NCBI GenBank assembly: GCA_963664195.1
Contig: OY760907.1
Location: 192,001-256,000, forward strand
Direction: 5' to 3'
Length of the DNA: 64,000 nt
From: an uncultured candidate division Zixibacteria bacterium
Lineage (GTDB): Bacteria; Zixibacteria; MSB-5A5; GN15; FEB-12
Positions 1-8,250 of this stretch are shown one piece after another; the stretch's first letter is position 1, and every line of letters begins with the position of its first letter. The notes under the pieces are model-generated. The model was not told the origin of the DNA. It worked only from the letters and a program-made list of their open reading frames with translations, and searched no databases. Position numbers and translations under genes: made by a program.

Positions 1-639
1 CGAAGCGGCCAGTTCCACAACCACCGAGAGTTTTTCCGCCTCGATGATCTTGTCCTGAGCCGCTTTGAGATTCTCATGGGCGACCTTCAGCGCCGCGTTT
101 TTCGTCTCGACCATCGCAACGTAGTCGTTGCGTTCGATTGAGATGGCGATCTGGTCCGCTACTACACTCATCAGTTTGACATGTTTCTCCTCCAGAATGC
201 CGGGGCACCCGGATCCAAGAGAAAGCATGCCAATCACCTCGTTGTCCACCAATAGCGGCACTGTCATCACGACGTCGAACACGCAATCAGGGTCAAAGTC
301 AAAGTCATCGTCGGTACGAGCGAGCAACACCGGTTTGCGATGCACACGCTGCGGTTGGGACTTGAATCCAGATGCGGAACCAATCAGAAAACTTGGCAAC
401 TCCACCTTGTCACCAACGCAGGCAACGGGTTCCATTCTCCCGGAATCAGAATCGCGGAGATAGAGCATGCCGGCGTCAAACGGCACAATACCCTGGATCA
501 GTCGAAGGACCTTCACGTACGTCGCGCCATCGTCCATCGGACGACGGCACAGCGCCGAGATCTCGGCAACCAGGCTGATCTTCTCCCAGAACCTGGTGTG
601 CTGGTCACGATCTGAAGTTTGTCCCTGACCGGCCGTCAT
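1..639 (-). CDS. GAF-domain sensor protein, probably a histidine kinase (3'-truncated by window edge)
   Basis: Not in the ORF track. My translation from ATG at 639 (MTAGQGQTSDRDQ...) is open to base 1, with a GAF-like core (VMTVPLLVDNEVIGMLSLGS...LMSVVADQIAISIER) followed by a coiled coil and 'AEKLSVVVELAAS', typical of the segment just before a HisKA H-box. Confidence 0.7.
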   Translation of the reverse strand, partial: MTAGQGQTSDRDQHTRFWEKISLVAEISALCRRPMDDGATYVKVLRLIQGIVPFDAGMLYLRDSDSGRMEPVACVGDKVELPSFLIGSASGFKSQPQRVHRKPVLLARTDDDFDFDPDCVFDVVMTVPLLVDNEVIGMLSLGSGCPGILEEKHVKLMSVVADQIAISIERNDYVAMVETKNAALKVAHENLKAAQDKIIEAEKLSVVVELAAS

Positions 640-640
640 G

Positions 641-1243
641 TCATCGTCCTTTGACCAGTTTGCCAATCTTCTTCGCCAGTTTGTCCGCCAGCTTCTCTTC
701 AAGCCTGCTGAAGAATTTGCTTTTCTCCGGTGCCGATATGTGCAGGGAGGGATCGTTTCGATTCTGATCCCATTCGGCCTGAAACTGTCTTGGGCCTTTC
801 AATTCGACGTCAAAGGACTCGGCAGCCAGAAGCTTTCCTTTTTGGATGTCTATAAGCCTGAACTCTCCCTCAATCACGCCCACAGTCTCGAACTTATGGA
901 ATATCAGCGGCAGGTTGAATCCCTTGCGTCTCTCCAGGCCCTCGCGTTCAACCGTGACCGTGAGGAGATAACGACCGCCGGCTTCGAGTCCCCAGTTGAC
1001 GAGACTATCGATATCGTATCTCGCATCGGGGAACGTTAGCGATGTGCCTTCTCCTCCGGCAAAGGTGACCCGAAGATCGGAATTGCGGCTGAATACAGTC
1101 TCACACTTCTCATTGAGCTTGCTGTCCCCCCATGCGAGGGGCACGGTTCGGATTTCCAATATCAGGTTGCGCTGCGTGCCAAATGCCTGTCCGGCGATAA
1201 GTAACGCTGCAACCGCGATAATAATGCATCTTGCATATCGCAT
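641..1243 (-). CDS. Secreted/periplasmic hypothetical protein
   Basis: 200 aa ORF with an N-terminal signal peptide (ends AFG); tightly packed in the operon. Confidence 0.65.
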   Translation of the reverse strand: MRYARCIIIAVAALLIAGQAFGTQRNLILEIRTVPLAWGDSKLNEKCETVFSRNSDLRVTFAGGEGTSLTFPDARYDIDSLVNWGLEAGGRYLLTVTVEREGLERRKGFNLPLIFHKFETVGVIEGEFRLIDIQKGKLLAAESFDVELKGPRQFQAEWDQNRNDPSLHISAPEKSKFFSRLEEKLADKLAKKIGKLVKGR

Positions 1244-1260
1244 AACACCTCCCCGTCGGT

Positions 1261-1773
1261 TTAGACCTCTGTTCTCTGGTCGAGGTGCTTGTTGAGAATG
1301 TGCTGGACAGATTCACTGAAATGAGTGTGTTGATCTGCCAGCAGATCGACCTCTCCACGTGAGAAGTGATCCTGGAGGTATCCGGTTGAGATAAACTGAA
1401 TCCCGGTGATGAAACTACCGTCATCGCCGTCAACTCTCTTGACGAGACCAAGCACGTTTGAAATCTCTTCTACCTTCTGCATGGTGAAATGCATGGAGAC
1501 GATGTCCCCGGTGCTTACCTCTTGATCCAGATCCACCAGAACGCCACCGGCCGAGATATTGAGAATCGCGCCGTTGATGACATGCCAGTCACCGTCCGGC
1601 CAGAATCCACCGCTCGAGTCCTTGATCTTTTGCAGTGACATCGGAGAGGATATCTCGAGGCGCACAAAACGTCGTTTGTCCTCTCTTTTGACACGGAACA
1701 CTCCGCGGGATAAGGTCTCGGTGCCTTGTACGGAGGCGTCACTAACACACGTGGGGTCTTCAATAACGGTCAT
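1261..1773 (-). CDS. PilZ domain protein (c-di-GMP receptor)
   Basis: KRRFVR (RxxxR) and NISAGG (D/NxSxxG) motifs; GIQF near the C-terminus. Confidence 0.85.
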   Translation of the reverse strand: MTVIEDPTCVSDASVQGTETLSRGVFRVKREDKRRFVRLEISSPMSLQKIKDSSGGFWPDGDWHVINGAILNISAGGVLVDLDQEVSTGDIVSMHFTMQKVEEISNVLGLVKRVDGDDGSFITGIQFISTGYLQDHFSRGEVDLLADQHTHFSESVQHILNKHLDQRTEV

Positions 1774-2552
1774 AAAGTACTCCTATCATAAGCATCTTCG
1801 TTTGTCAAATTCAGTTGAGATATGGCACTGTTGAGTTGTTGGCGATATGCCCTGGTGTAGGCAAAAAGAGAAGGAGGCAGAGTACCGCGCTTCACCGACG
1901 AAAACATTCGCCTGGCCGCCTCTTTCACAATAAACTCCACGCCAACTCTAAAGCACGCATCATCCGACTGATACCGATGCCGTACGACACCTAGGACCAG
2001 CGGAGGAAACTCCAGAGGATTCAGATCAATGTTCAATAACAGATAGACACTTGGTTCGAGAGCTGACGACACTTCAAGCAACGCTCCGCCGCTGGAGATA
2101 TCAACAGTGGTTGTTTCCATCCACCTCAAATGTGATAGCTCCGTCGCGTGCGAACTTACAATCGGATAGGTTGCCAGTCGCACGCGCTTGGTCAGAGGGC
2201 GACGCATGAATCGTCGTTGCGACAAAGGCGATGCTTTGTCCCCCAGGACCAAATACAGCCTGCCCCCGACAGTCCTTTTGAGCTGTGCCTTGACGGAGAT
2301 TTCTTCGCCACGGTGAGGAAACTGCACCACCACCGTCTGGTGGCTCACGAGATTCTCGACAGTATTGAATCGGGGGCCGCTGTCGACCTGCATTTGGCCG
2401 TCAGCCACTGCCAGCACCTTGGACGTGATCTCTTTGCCCGGCAATTGGTGGGAAAAGAGCTTGATCTTGCGACCGACCAGATCAGACACGTCAAGTCTGG
2501 TGACATCAAAATCGTGCCTGGCTTCTTCGATGAGATTCTTCGCGGTCTGCAT
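1770..2552 (-). CDS. YcgR-like flagellar brake / PilZ domain protein
   Basis: N-terminal YcgR-like domain, QRRFMRR and DISSGG motifs, GVEF. Confidence 0.8.
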   Translation of the reverse strand: MQTAKNLIEEARHDFDVTRLDVSDLVGRKIKLFSHQLPGKEITSKVLAVADGQMQVDSGPRFNTVENLVSHQTVVVQFPHRGEEISVKAQLKRTVGGRLYLVLGDKASPLSQRRFMRRPLTKRVRLATYPIVSSHATELSHLRWMETTTVDISSGGALLEVSSALEPSVYLLLNIDLNPLEFPPLVLGVVRHRYQSDDACFRVGVEFIVKEAARRMFSSVKRGTLPPSLFAYTRAYRQQLNSAISQLNLTNEDAYDRSTL

Positions 2553-2553
2553 G

Positions 2554-3303
2554 TTATATCAGCCCTTTCCGACGAAGCTCCACCTGCTTGTGGAAGAGAA
2601 ATGTCACCAGTCTGTCCTGGGCAATCTTGTTGAAACTCTTCAGAACGTCAGGCATGAGTCGGATATCCTCGGCTGAGAAATACTCTCTCAGCATGTCTTC
2701 ACAGATGAACTTCATACCGCAAAACCGCTGGTCATCCCTGGAGAACTTGCGACAACCGGAAGCGAGGAGGGTTTCCGGGAGCCCCAAGTCCGCAAAGATA
2801 TCAATCTTGAGTGCCAGAATATCGGTTGAGTGAAGGGCATCGTCCAGACAGATGAGAACTCCACCCGCACTGATGTCTTTGGCAAATGTCGAATGCCAGG
2901 CGACTTCTTCCTGCCACCGTACCCAGTCAGTATTTCTCGAAACCGCGGCGTACTGGACGCGGGCAGGCGTTTCCACCCGTACGAACTGGCGGCGCTGCAA
3001 GCGCTGGAACGATGACGGCGGTGTCAGGACCACTCGCTTGCGGCCCTCAAACAACTGGGACTTAATGCTGGACCTGAATTGGTACGCAGCGTCGTCACGC
3101 GTCACCTGTACCGTCACAGATAGATCGTTTCGCAGCAGGGTTTTCCCTGAGACAAACTCGGGGTTGGTGATTACGATACCGCCGTTGATTACCTCCTCCA
3201 CACGCGCCTCATAGAGACCGGCGTCGGACTCTTCTCCGACCACGATCGTAATCTTTTCCCAGACTTTGAGTCCCTGCGGACCTGTTTGTTTAGCGGTTTG
3301 CAA
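2554..3303 (-). CDS. YcgR-like flagellar brake / PilZ domain protein
   Basis: QRRQFVR and DISAGG motifs; C-terminal FLFHKQVELRRKG typical of the YcgR/MotI family; TTG start. Confidence 0.85.
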   Translation of the reverse strand: MQTAKQTGPQGLKVWEKITIVVGEESDAGLYEARVEEVINGGIVITNPEFVSGKTLLRNDLSVTVQVTRDDAAYQFRSSIKSQLFEGRKRVVLTPPSSFQRLQRRQFVRVETPARVQYAAVSRNTDWVRWQEEVAWHSTFAKDISAGGVLICLDDALHSTDILALKIDIFADLGLPETLLASGCRKFSRDDQRFCGMKFICEDMLREYFSAEDIRLMPDVLKSFNKIAQDRLVTFLFHKQVELRRKGLI

Positions 3304-3321
3304 CGTTTTCTATTCCCAGTC

Positions 3322-4503
3322 TTAGGCCGGCTTGGATGCAGCCAGATTGGCTCGTCCCTGTTCAATGGCCAGTTCAAGAATCTTGCGAGCAAGAGCCGTA
3401 CGCGACTGATCGCGGCGGTTCTGGTATATGAACTCCTGGCCCGTTTTGATCGTGCTGGTGAAAAACTGCTTGGCCTCGTCATAGTCACCCACACGACGAG
3501 ACAACTCCGCTATCAGGTACGAGACCTGAATCTGCGGCGTACCGGGCGCTATGTCGCGACCACCGGCAAAAGCCTGCTTGTAGTAATGGGCGGCTTTCTC
3601 GAGAGCCTCACGCTCAGACGCAACCCGTCCATCCCACTTCACTTCTTGACGGAGAAACTCTCCGAACGACGGATACTGGCCAAACTGCTGCTCACCTTCG
3701 ACCTGACTACTACCCATCAATTCCGCGCGATAACCGTCCATGAGGGTTCGCATTTCCTCGAGCTTCTCCCGACCTCCGGTAAGGGCCGCATCAAGGGCGT
3801 TGTTGCCGGCCTCGAATCTGTCCCGGTAGGCGCACATCTGCGATTGCACCTCAGCCGGCATCTGGTCGGCCTCAAACTGGGCGGCTATACTGGCACCGAG
3901 TGCATCAAACTGTCCGCGGGCATGTTCCAGCGCCTCTTTGAAGCTGAAATACTTGCTGTCCATCTCGCGGAGGAGGCTGCCCAGCATCAGCTGGCTCGGG
4001 TTGTCGTTCGCACCGAGAGAACGGAATACCCAGCCGATTCTCAGGTAGAACCGACCCAGATCCAGATTGCTCGGATGCTCGTTGCAGAGTTCATCGAACA
4101 CCGCCAGGTGGAGCTTGATGATCGCCGACTCGTTTGGATACCGCTGCATGTCAATCGCGTTGCCCAGGCTCTTCAACACAGAATCAGCCTCTGACAGATA
4201 TTCGAGATGCTTGGTCTTGACGGTTTTCAGGCGATACGTGCGGAATGCATTATCTGCCTTCCACTCGCGGAACTTGTTGGTAAACTCTCGCGTGTAGAAG
4301 CAGTGACTGCAAGTGGCGGTAAAAAACGCCAGCGGATTGTACGCCTGATACTTGGGGTAACGCCACTTGATGTCCTGAGGACAGAAATCAGAATCGCGTG
4401 TCTCCTCGACATACGCGCCGACTTTGATCTGCTCGAATTCGTTGATTGTCTTACAAACTGGACACTCAACCTTGAAATTCAGAAATGGGCTTTCGTTTGA
4501 CAT
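3322..4503 (-). CDS. DUF2225 family protein (Zn-ribbon plus TPR-like helices)
   Basis: CPVC...DSDF.P...YNPL...CSHC pattern and C-terminal YLIAELSRRVG. Start taken at ATG 4503 (MSNESPF) to avoid overlap with the upstream gene. Confidence 0.8.
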   Translation of the reverse strand: MSNESPFLNFKVECPVCKTINEFEQIKVGAYVEETRDSDFCPQDIKWRYPKYQAYNPLAFFTATCSHCFYTREFTNKFREWKADNAFRTYRLKTVKTKHLEYLSEADSVLKSLGNAIDMQRYPNESAIIKLHLAVFDELCNEHPSNLDLGRFYLRIGWVFRSLGANDNPSQLMLGSLLREMDSKYFSFKEALEHARGQFDALGASIAAQFEADQMPAEVQSQMCAYRDRFEAGNNALDAALTGGREKLEEMRTLMDGYRAELMGSSQVEGEQQFGQYPSFGEFLRQEVKWDGRVASEREALEKAAHYYKQAFAGGRDIAPGTPQIQVSYLIAELSRRVGDYDEAKQFFTSTIKTGQEFIYQNRRDQSRTALARKILELAIEQGRANLAASKPA

Positions 4504-4522
4504 CTCTATCTCCGCACGTTTA

Positions 4523-4954
4523 TCAGTTGTTGCTGCTTTGCAGGAGGGCGAGTTCACCCTCCGAAATCGGTAGTGACCGTCGGATCGTTTCCTGTGGCGT
4601 CTGCGCCTTTATCATCTCGCGGGCCAGTCGGATTATCTCCACCCGGTCCCGTCGGGTCGCGCCTGTGGCACCTGCCACCGCTGCCGTGTTCGGTACCGCA
4701 GTGGTCGTTCCGGAACTTCCCGGGGCACGGAAATTCACGAATTCCAGACCGGGGCGATCTACGGCAGCAGGCTTCTCAGCCGGGATCGGGGCAACCGACG
4801 GCGCCTGAGCTGCTGGCGCGACCGATTCCAGGGTCGCCCGGGAAGGCTTGCGCTTGAGAATGCTGGAATAAACCAGTATCCCCAGCGAGGCGGCTACGAG
4901 GTAGCCCAGTGTGTTTAAGCCAATATCAATCAGTTGATCGTACATAACATCCAT
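4523..4954 (-). CDS. Hypothetical single-TM protein with C-terminal HTH-like segment (flagellar operon)
   Basis: 143 aa; N-terminal TM, Ala/Pro linker, 'IRRSLPISEGELALL' tail. Confidence 0.6.
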   Translation of the reverse strand: MDVMYDQLIDIGLNTLGYLVAASLGILVYSSILKRKPSRATLESVAPAAQAPSVAPIPAEKPAAVDRPGLEFVNFRAPGSSGTTTAVPNTAAVAGATGATRRDRVEIIRLAREMIKAQTPQETIRRSLPISEGELALLQSSNN

Positions 4955-4977
4955 GTTTACACCACCCTTTCGGCTTC

Positions 4978-5295
4978 CTAAGCCTTGATGTCTACGTGTC
5001 GCTCCTCCGGGGATTCCTTCGTTTCTTCCCGTTCAGGGTTGTCAGGAGGAGCTTCCTCGGCGAACTCAGCCGCAGGCGGTTCGTCTTTGGGGCGCTCTTC
5101 TGGTTCTTCTTCTCCCTGTTCAAGGACAACGACATCTTCCTGTCTCTTCTTTCTTTGTTTATCCTGCTCTTCCTCGAGCTTCTCTTTCAGAGTCTTTTTG
5201 AAAGGCTGTTGCTTCTGCTTCTCAGATGGCTTCATCCGCCTGACCCTATCGGGGGCAAGATAACCTGCCTTCTCTATCGCATCGGGGCTAACCAT
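4978..5295 (-). CDS. Hypothetical charged low-complexity protein
   Basis: 105 aa Glu/Lys-rich; ends HVDIKA; GGGAG SD upstream. Confidence 0.6.
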   Translation of the reverse strand: MVSPDAIEKAGYLAPDRVRRMKPSEKQKQQPFKKTLKEKLEEEQDKQRKKRQEDVVVLEQGEEEPEERPKDEPPAAEFAEEAPPDNPEREETKESPEERHVDIKA

Positions 5296-5326
5296 CAGTC
5301 TGACTCCCTTATTCGAGCCGCGGCGA

Positions 5327-6196
5327 TTAGCTGGTCATGGAGAAACGCTCCTTGACCATGCCGCGGAGCTTCTTCACCGCGCGAGTGTGGATCTGCGATA
5401 CCCGGGATTCCGAGATTACCATCACCTCGCCGATTTCCTTTAACGTTAACTCTTCGAAATAATACAGCCTGATGACGAGTTTCTCTTGCTCGGTCAGGTT
5501 ATCTATAGCCAACACGAGGAACGAACGCAGTTCGCCCTTTTCAAGCATACCGAGAACGCTCAGTTCCGACTTGTCCTTGACTGTCTCCACCCTCGGCACC
5601 TTGCGGTTGTCATCCTCGGGATACACGACCTCGTCGAGCGACAGGATGTTTGTGCACGAGATATCGTCAAGCGCGAGATGCAATTCACGGTCAGTCATGT
5701 TCAGATGCTTGGCCAACTCTGTCTTCTCCGGCGGCCGGCCCAACTCGTTCTCGAGATACTGGAAAGCCCGGTCGATTTCTCTTGATCTTGCCCTGGTTGA
5801 GCGAGGTACCCAATCGAGAGCACGGAGCTCGTCGAGGATCGCACCGCGGATGCGCGGGACGGCATAGGTCTCGAACTTAACTCCACGTGCCGGATCGAAA
5901 TTACCAAACGCCTCTACCAGGCCGATAGCGCCCGTACTTATCAGGTCAGTCAGTTCCACTGAACGGGGAAAGCCCATCGCCATCCGCGCCGCAACATTGC
6001 GCACGAGCGGGATGTACTTGTTCAACAGGCGCTGGCGCACTTCGTGGGACGGATCCTTCTGGTAGCGCGCCCAATCCCTGGCCGTTACCTCCCACTGTTT
6101 GGCACGTGTGTTAGTCACAGCCTTACCGAAAGCCACGTTGCCTGTTGCCTCGGGTTTTGTTGCCCGTTTCCTTGGAGCTTTTGCAGTCGTAACCAT
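5327..6196 (-). CDS. fliA: Flagellar sigma factor sigma28 (FliA/WhiG)
   Basis: FDPARGVKFETYAVPRIRGAILDELRALDWVPRS and EELTLKEIGEVMVISESRVSQIH; follows flhG. Confidence 0.96.
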   Translation of the reverse strand: MVTTAKAPRKRATKPEATGNVAFGKAVTNTRAKQWEVTARDWARYQKDPSHEVRQRLLNKYIPLVRNVAARMAMGFPRSVELTDLISTGAIGLVEAFGNFDPARGVKFETYAVPRIRGAILDELRALDWVPRSTRARSREIDRAFQYLENELGRPPEKTELAKHLNMTDRELHLALDDISCTNILSLDEVVYPEDDNRKVPRVETVKDKSELSVLGMLEKGELRSFLVLAIDNLTEQEKLVIRLYYFEELTLKEIGEVMVISESRVSQIHTRAVKKLRGMVKERFSMTS

Positions 6197-6203
6197 AAGT
6201 ATG

Positions 6204-7067
6204 CTATTCCTTTATATCGGCTGCTGCCGTAGTGATATTTATTGTCTGAGAGTTAGTTGTTGGGGACACCTCGGGCAGAAATTCCGCCCCAAGTGTATTG
6301 GCAAATGTGTTAAGCGCCTGCAAGGCAGGAGATTGCGTGTCGATTGTCGCAATCGGCCGCTGCGTGGCCACCGAACGACGGAAAACCTCGTCCTCGGGCA
6401 CGAATCCCAAAAACGCCGGAATTCTGCCCAGAAACCGATCCGCTACTGCCGAGAACTTCGTCCGAACGTATTTCGACTCGTCCTCGGATTCTGTCCGATT
6501 TACCACCATCCGGCAGTCAATCGATGAATTCTTGTAGTAGAGATATTTGCAAAGACCGTAGCAATCGGCTACCGAAGTCAGCTCCGGCACCATGACCAGC
6601 AGGTTGACATCGGAAGCACTCGCCAGAACGGTCGCCTGCCTGGATATACCCGAGCTGTGATCCATGATGACCACATCATACGCGCCGGTCTGCTTCCTGA
6701 GACCAGCGGCCAGATCGGCGGCATCCGAAGGTGTATCGAATCCTTCGACAGGACCGGTATGCGCTGAGACCAGCACATCCATATTCGGTGAAAAGGGGCG
6801 AACCGCCTCCGCCAGAGACAACTGCCCGCTGATAATTTCCTGGATACCGTAGTCCGCAGCGATGTTGGCCAGCACTGCGATATTGCCGGTCGAGAAATCA
6901 GCGTCAACAACCAGTACCCGGTAACCGTGATCCGCCAACCGCTCGGCCAGGTTGAACGCGAGCACCGATTTGCCCACTCCTCCCTTGCCGGACAGAACTG
7001 ACACAAATGTCGTCCCGTCGACATCGATCGACCGCAGGCTCCTGACCAGTTGCTGCCGCCTATCCAT
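6204..7067 (-). CDS. flhG: MinD/ParA-family ATPase FlhG
   Basis: SGKGGVGKS deviant Walker A, VVDAD, VVNR. Start ATG 7067 with GAGGAGG SD; sits between flhF and fliA. Confidence 0.9.
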   Translation of the reverse strand: MDRRQQLVRSLRSIDVDGTTFVSVLSGKGGVGKSVLAFNLAERLADHGYRVLVVDADFSTGNIAVLANIAADYGIQEIISGQLSLAEAVRPFSPNMDVLVSAHTGPVEGFDTPSDAADLAAGLRKQTGAYDVVIMDHSSGISRQATVLASASDVNLLVMVPELTSVADCYGLCKYLYYKNSSIDCRMVVNRTESEDESKYVRTKFSAVADRFLGRIPAFLGFVPEDEVFRRSVATQRPIATIDTQSPALQALNTFANTLGAEFLPEVSPTTNSQTINITTAAADIKE

Positions 7068-8250
7068 TGTTGACCTCCTCACCAAGGATCCTGGTTGTTA
7101 TCTCAGAAGCGTCGGGAGTGCGAAGTTGCCCGGTGCCGCTGGATGAATCGGCCGTGAGAACTATCTTGAGACCGGTAGCTTCGGCGGCGGTAATCATCGC
7201 GCCCCAGCAATCGGTCAGGTCTGTCATGGAGAAGACAAGCGCGGTCGGTTCGAGCGACTCGATACGCTTGCAGATTCTTTCGATATCGGTTGACCGGATC
7301 ATGGTCGAGATTACGACCAGGCGATGAGTCGGCTTAATGCGATCAAGCTGCTCTTTCATCCCGGCAATGCGCTCATCATCGAGCACCAGTGCGCCGGTAT
7401 CAACGAGAAGCACTTTGTCGTTGTCTCCGTTGTTCTCGGTCGAAGGCTCCTGTGCGAGGAGGATCGTAGGATCGGCCACTGTTATGCCGAGCATGTCGCC
7501 GTAGCTTTCGATTTCATCGAGAGCGCCGACCTTGTAACTGTCGAGCGTCATCAGCTTGATCGCAGCCTTCCTCTGCATGACCAGCGAAGAGGCCAGTTTC
7601 CCGACAGTCGAAGTCTTACCGGAGCCGGCTGGTCCCATGACCACCACCCGGTCACCGGCGGCGAATGCAGATTCGGATTCGATATAGTCAGATATTTTGT
7701 TAGTCAGCTCGTTGCGAACAAGGTCTTCGGTGATGTCGGTGTCGACATGGTTCTCACGAAGCGTATTGAAGAAGGTCGCGATGAACTGCTCCGGGACATC
7801 GGCAGAACGCATTGCGGTGACGGCGCTTGCGATGGCCCCCAGACGCAGCGAAACACCAGCCGTCGCCAGATTGTCCTTGAGGAGAATCTGGTCGATCTTG
7901 GCATCCATCTCCGTCAGCCGTTCTTCCAGCGCGCTCGTGTCTGCGACTGTCGCATTAATGCTAACCGACGCCTGCGACTCTTCAACCGGAGTCTCGAAGG
8001 AAACTTCAGCCGCCGGTGCTTCTGCAACAGCCGTAACCGATTGCGGAAGGCGCGAGTTATCATTCCGCAGCACCTTCTCTGCCTGAGCGGCAGTCGGCTT
8101 ATCCAGACAGGCGGTAACTTCAAACTCCGGAATGCCACCGCCCCCGGTGACCTTGCGGGTCTTGAGAACCACAGCATCGCCGCCCATTTCCGCGCGAACA
8201 TCCTTGAGCGCGGCAGACACCGAATCGGCAATGAATGATCTAATTATCAT
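7060..8250 (-). CDS. flhF: SRP-family GTPase FlhF (divergent motifs)
   Basis: FlhF-type N-terminus (ALKDVRAEMGGDAVVLKTRK), P-loop GPAGSGKTS, position after flhA. Confidence 0.85.
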   Translation of the reverse strand: MIIRSFIADSVSAALKDVRAEMGGDAVVLKTRKVTGGGGIPEFEVTACLDKPTAAQAEKVLRNDNSRLPQSVTAVAEAPAAEVSFETPVEESQASVSINATVADTSALEERLTEMDAKIDQILLKDNLATAGVSLRLGAIASAVTAMRSADVPEQFIATFFNTLRENHVDTDITEDLVRNELTNKISDYIESESAFAAGDRVVVMGPAGSGKTSTVGKLASSLVMQRKAAIKLMTLDSYKVGALDEIESYGDMLGITVADPTILLAQEPSTENNGDNDKVLLVDTGALVLDDERIAGMKEQLDRIKPTHRLVVISTMIRSTDIERICKRIESLEPTALVFSMTDLTDCWGAMITAAEATGLKIVLTADSSSGTGQLRTPDASEITTRILGEEVNNG

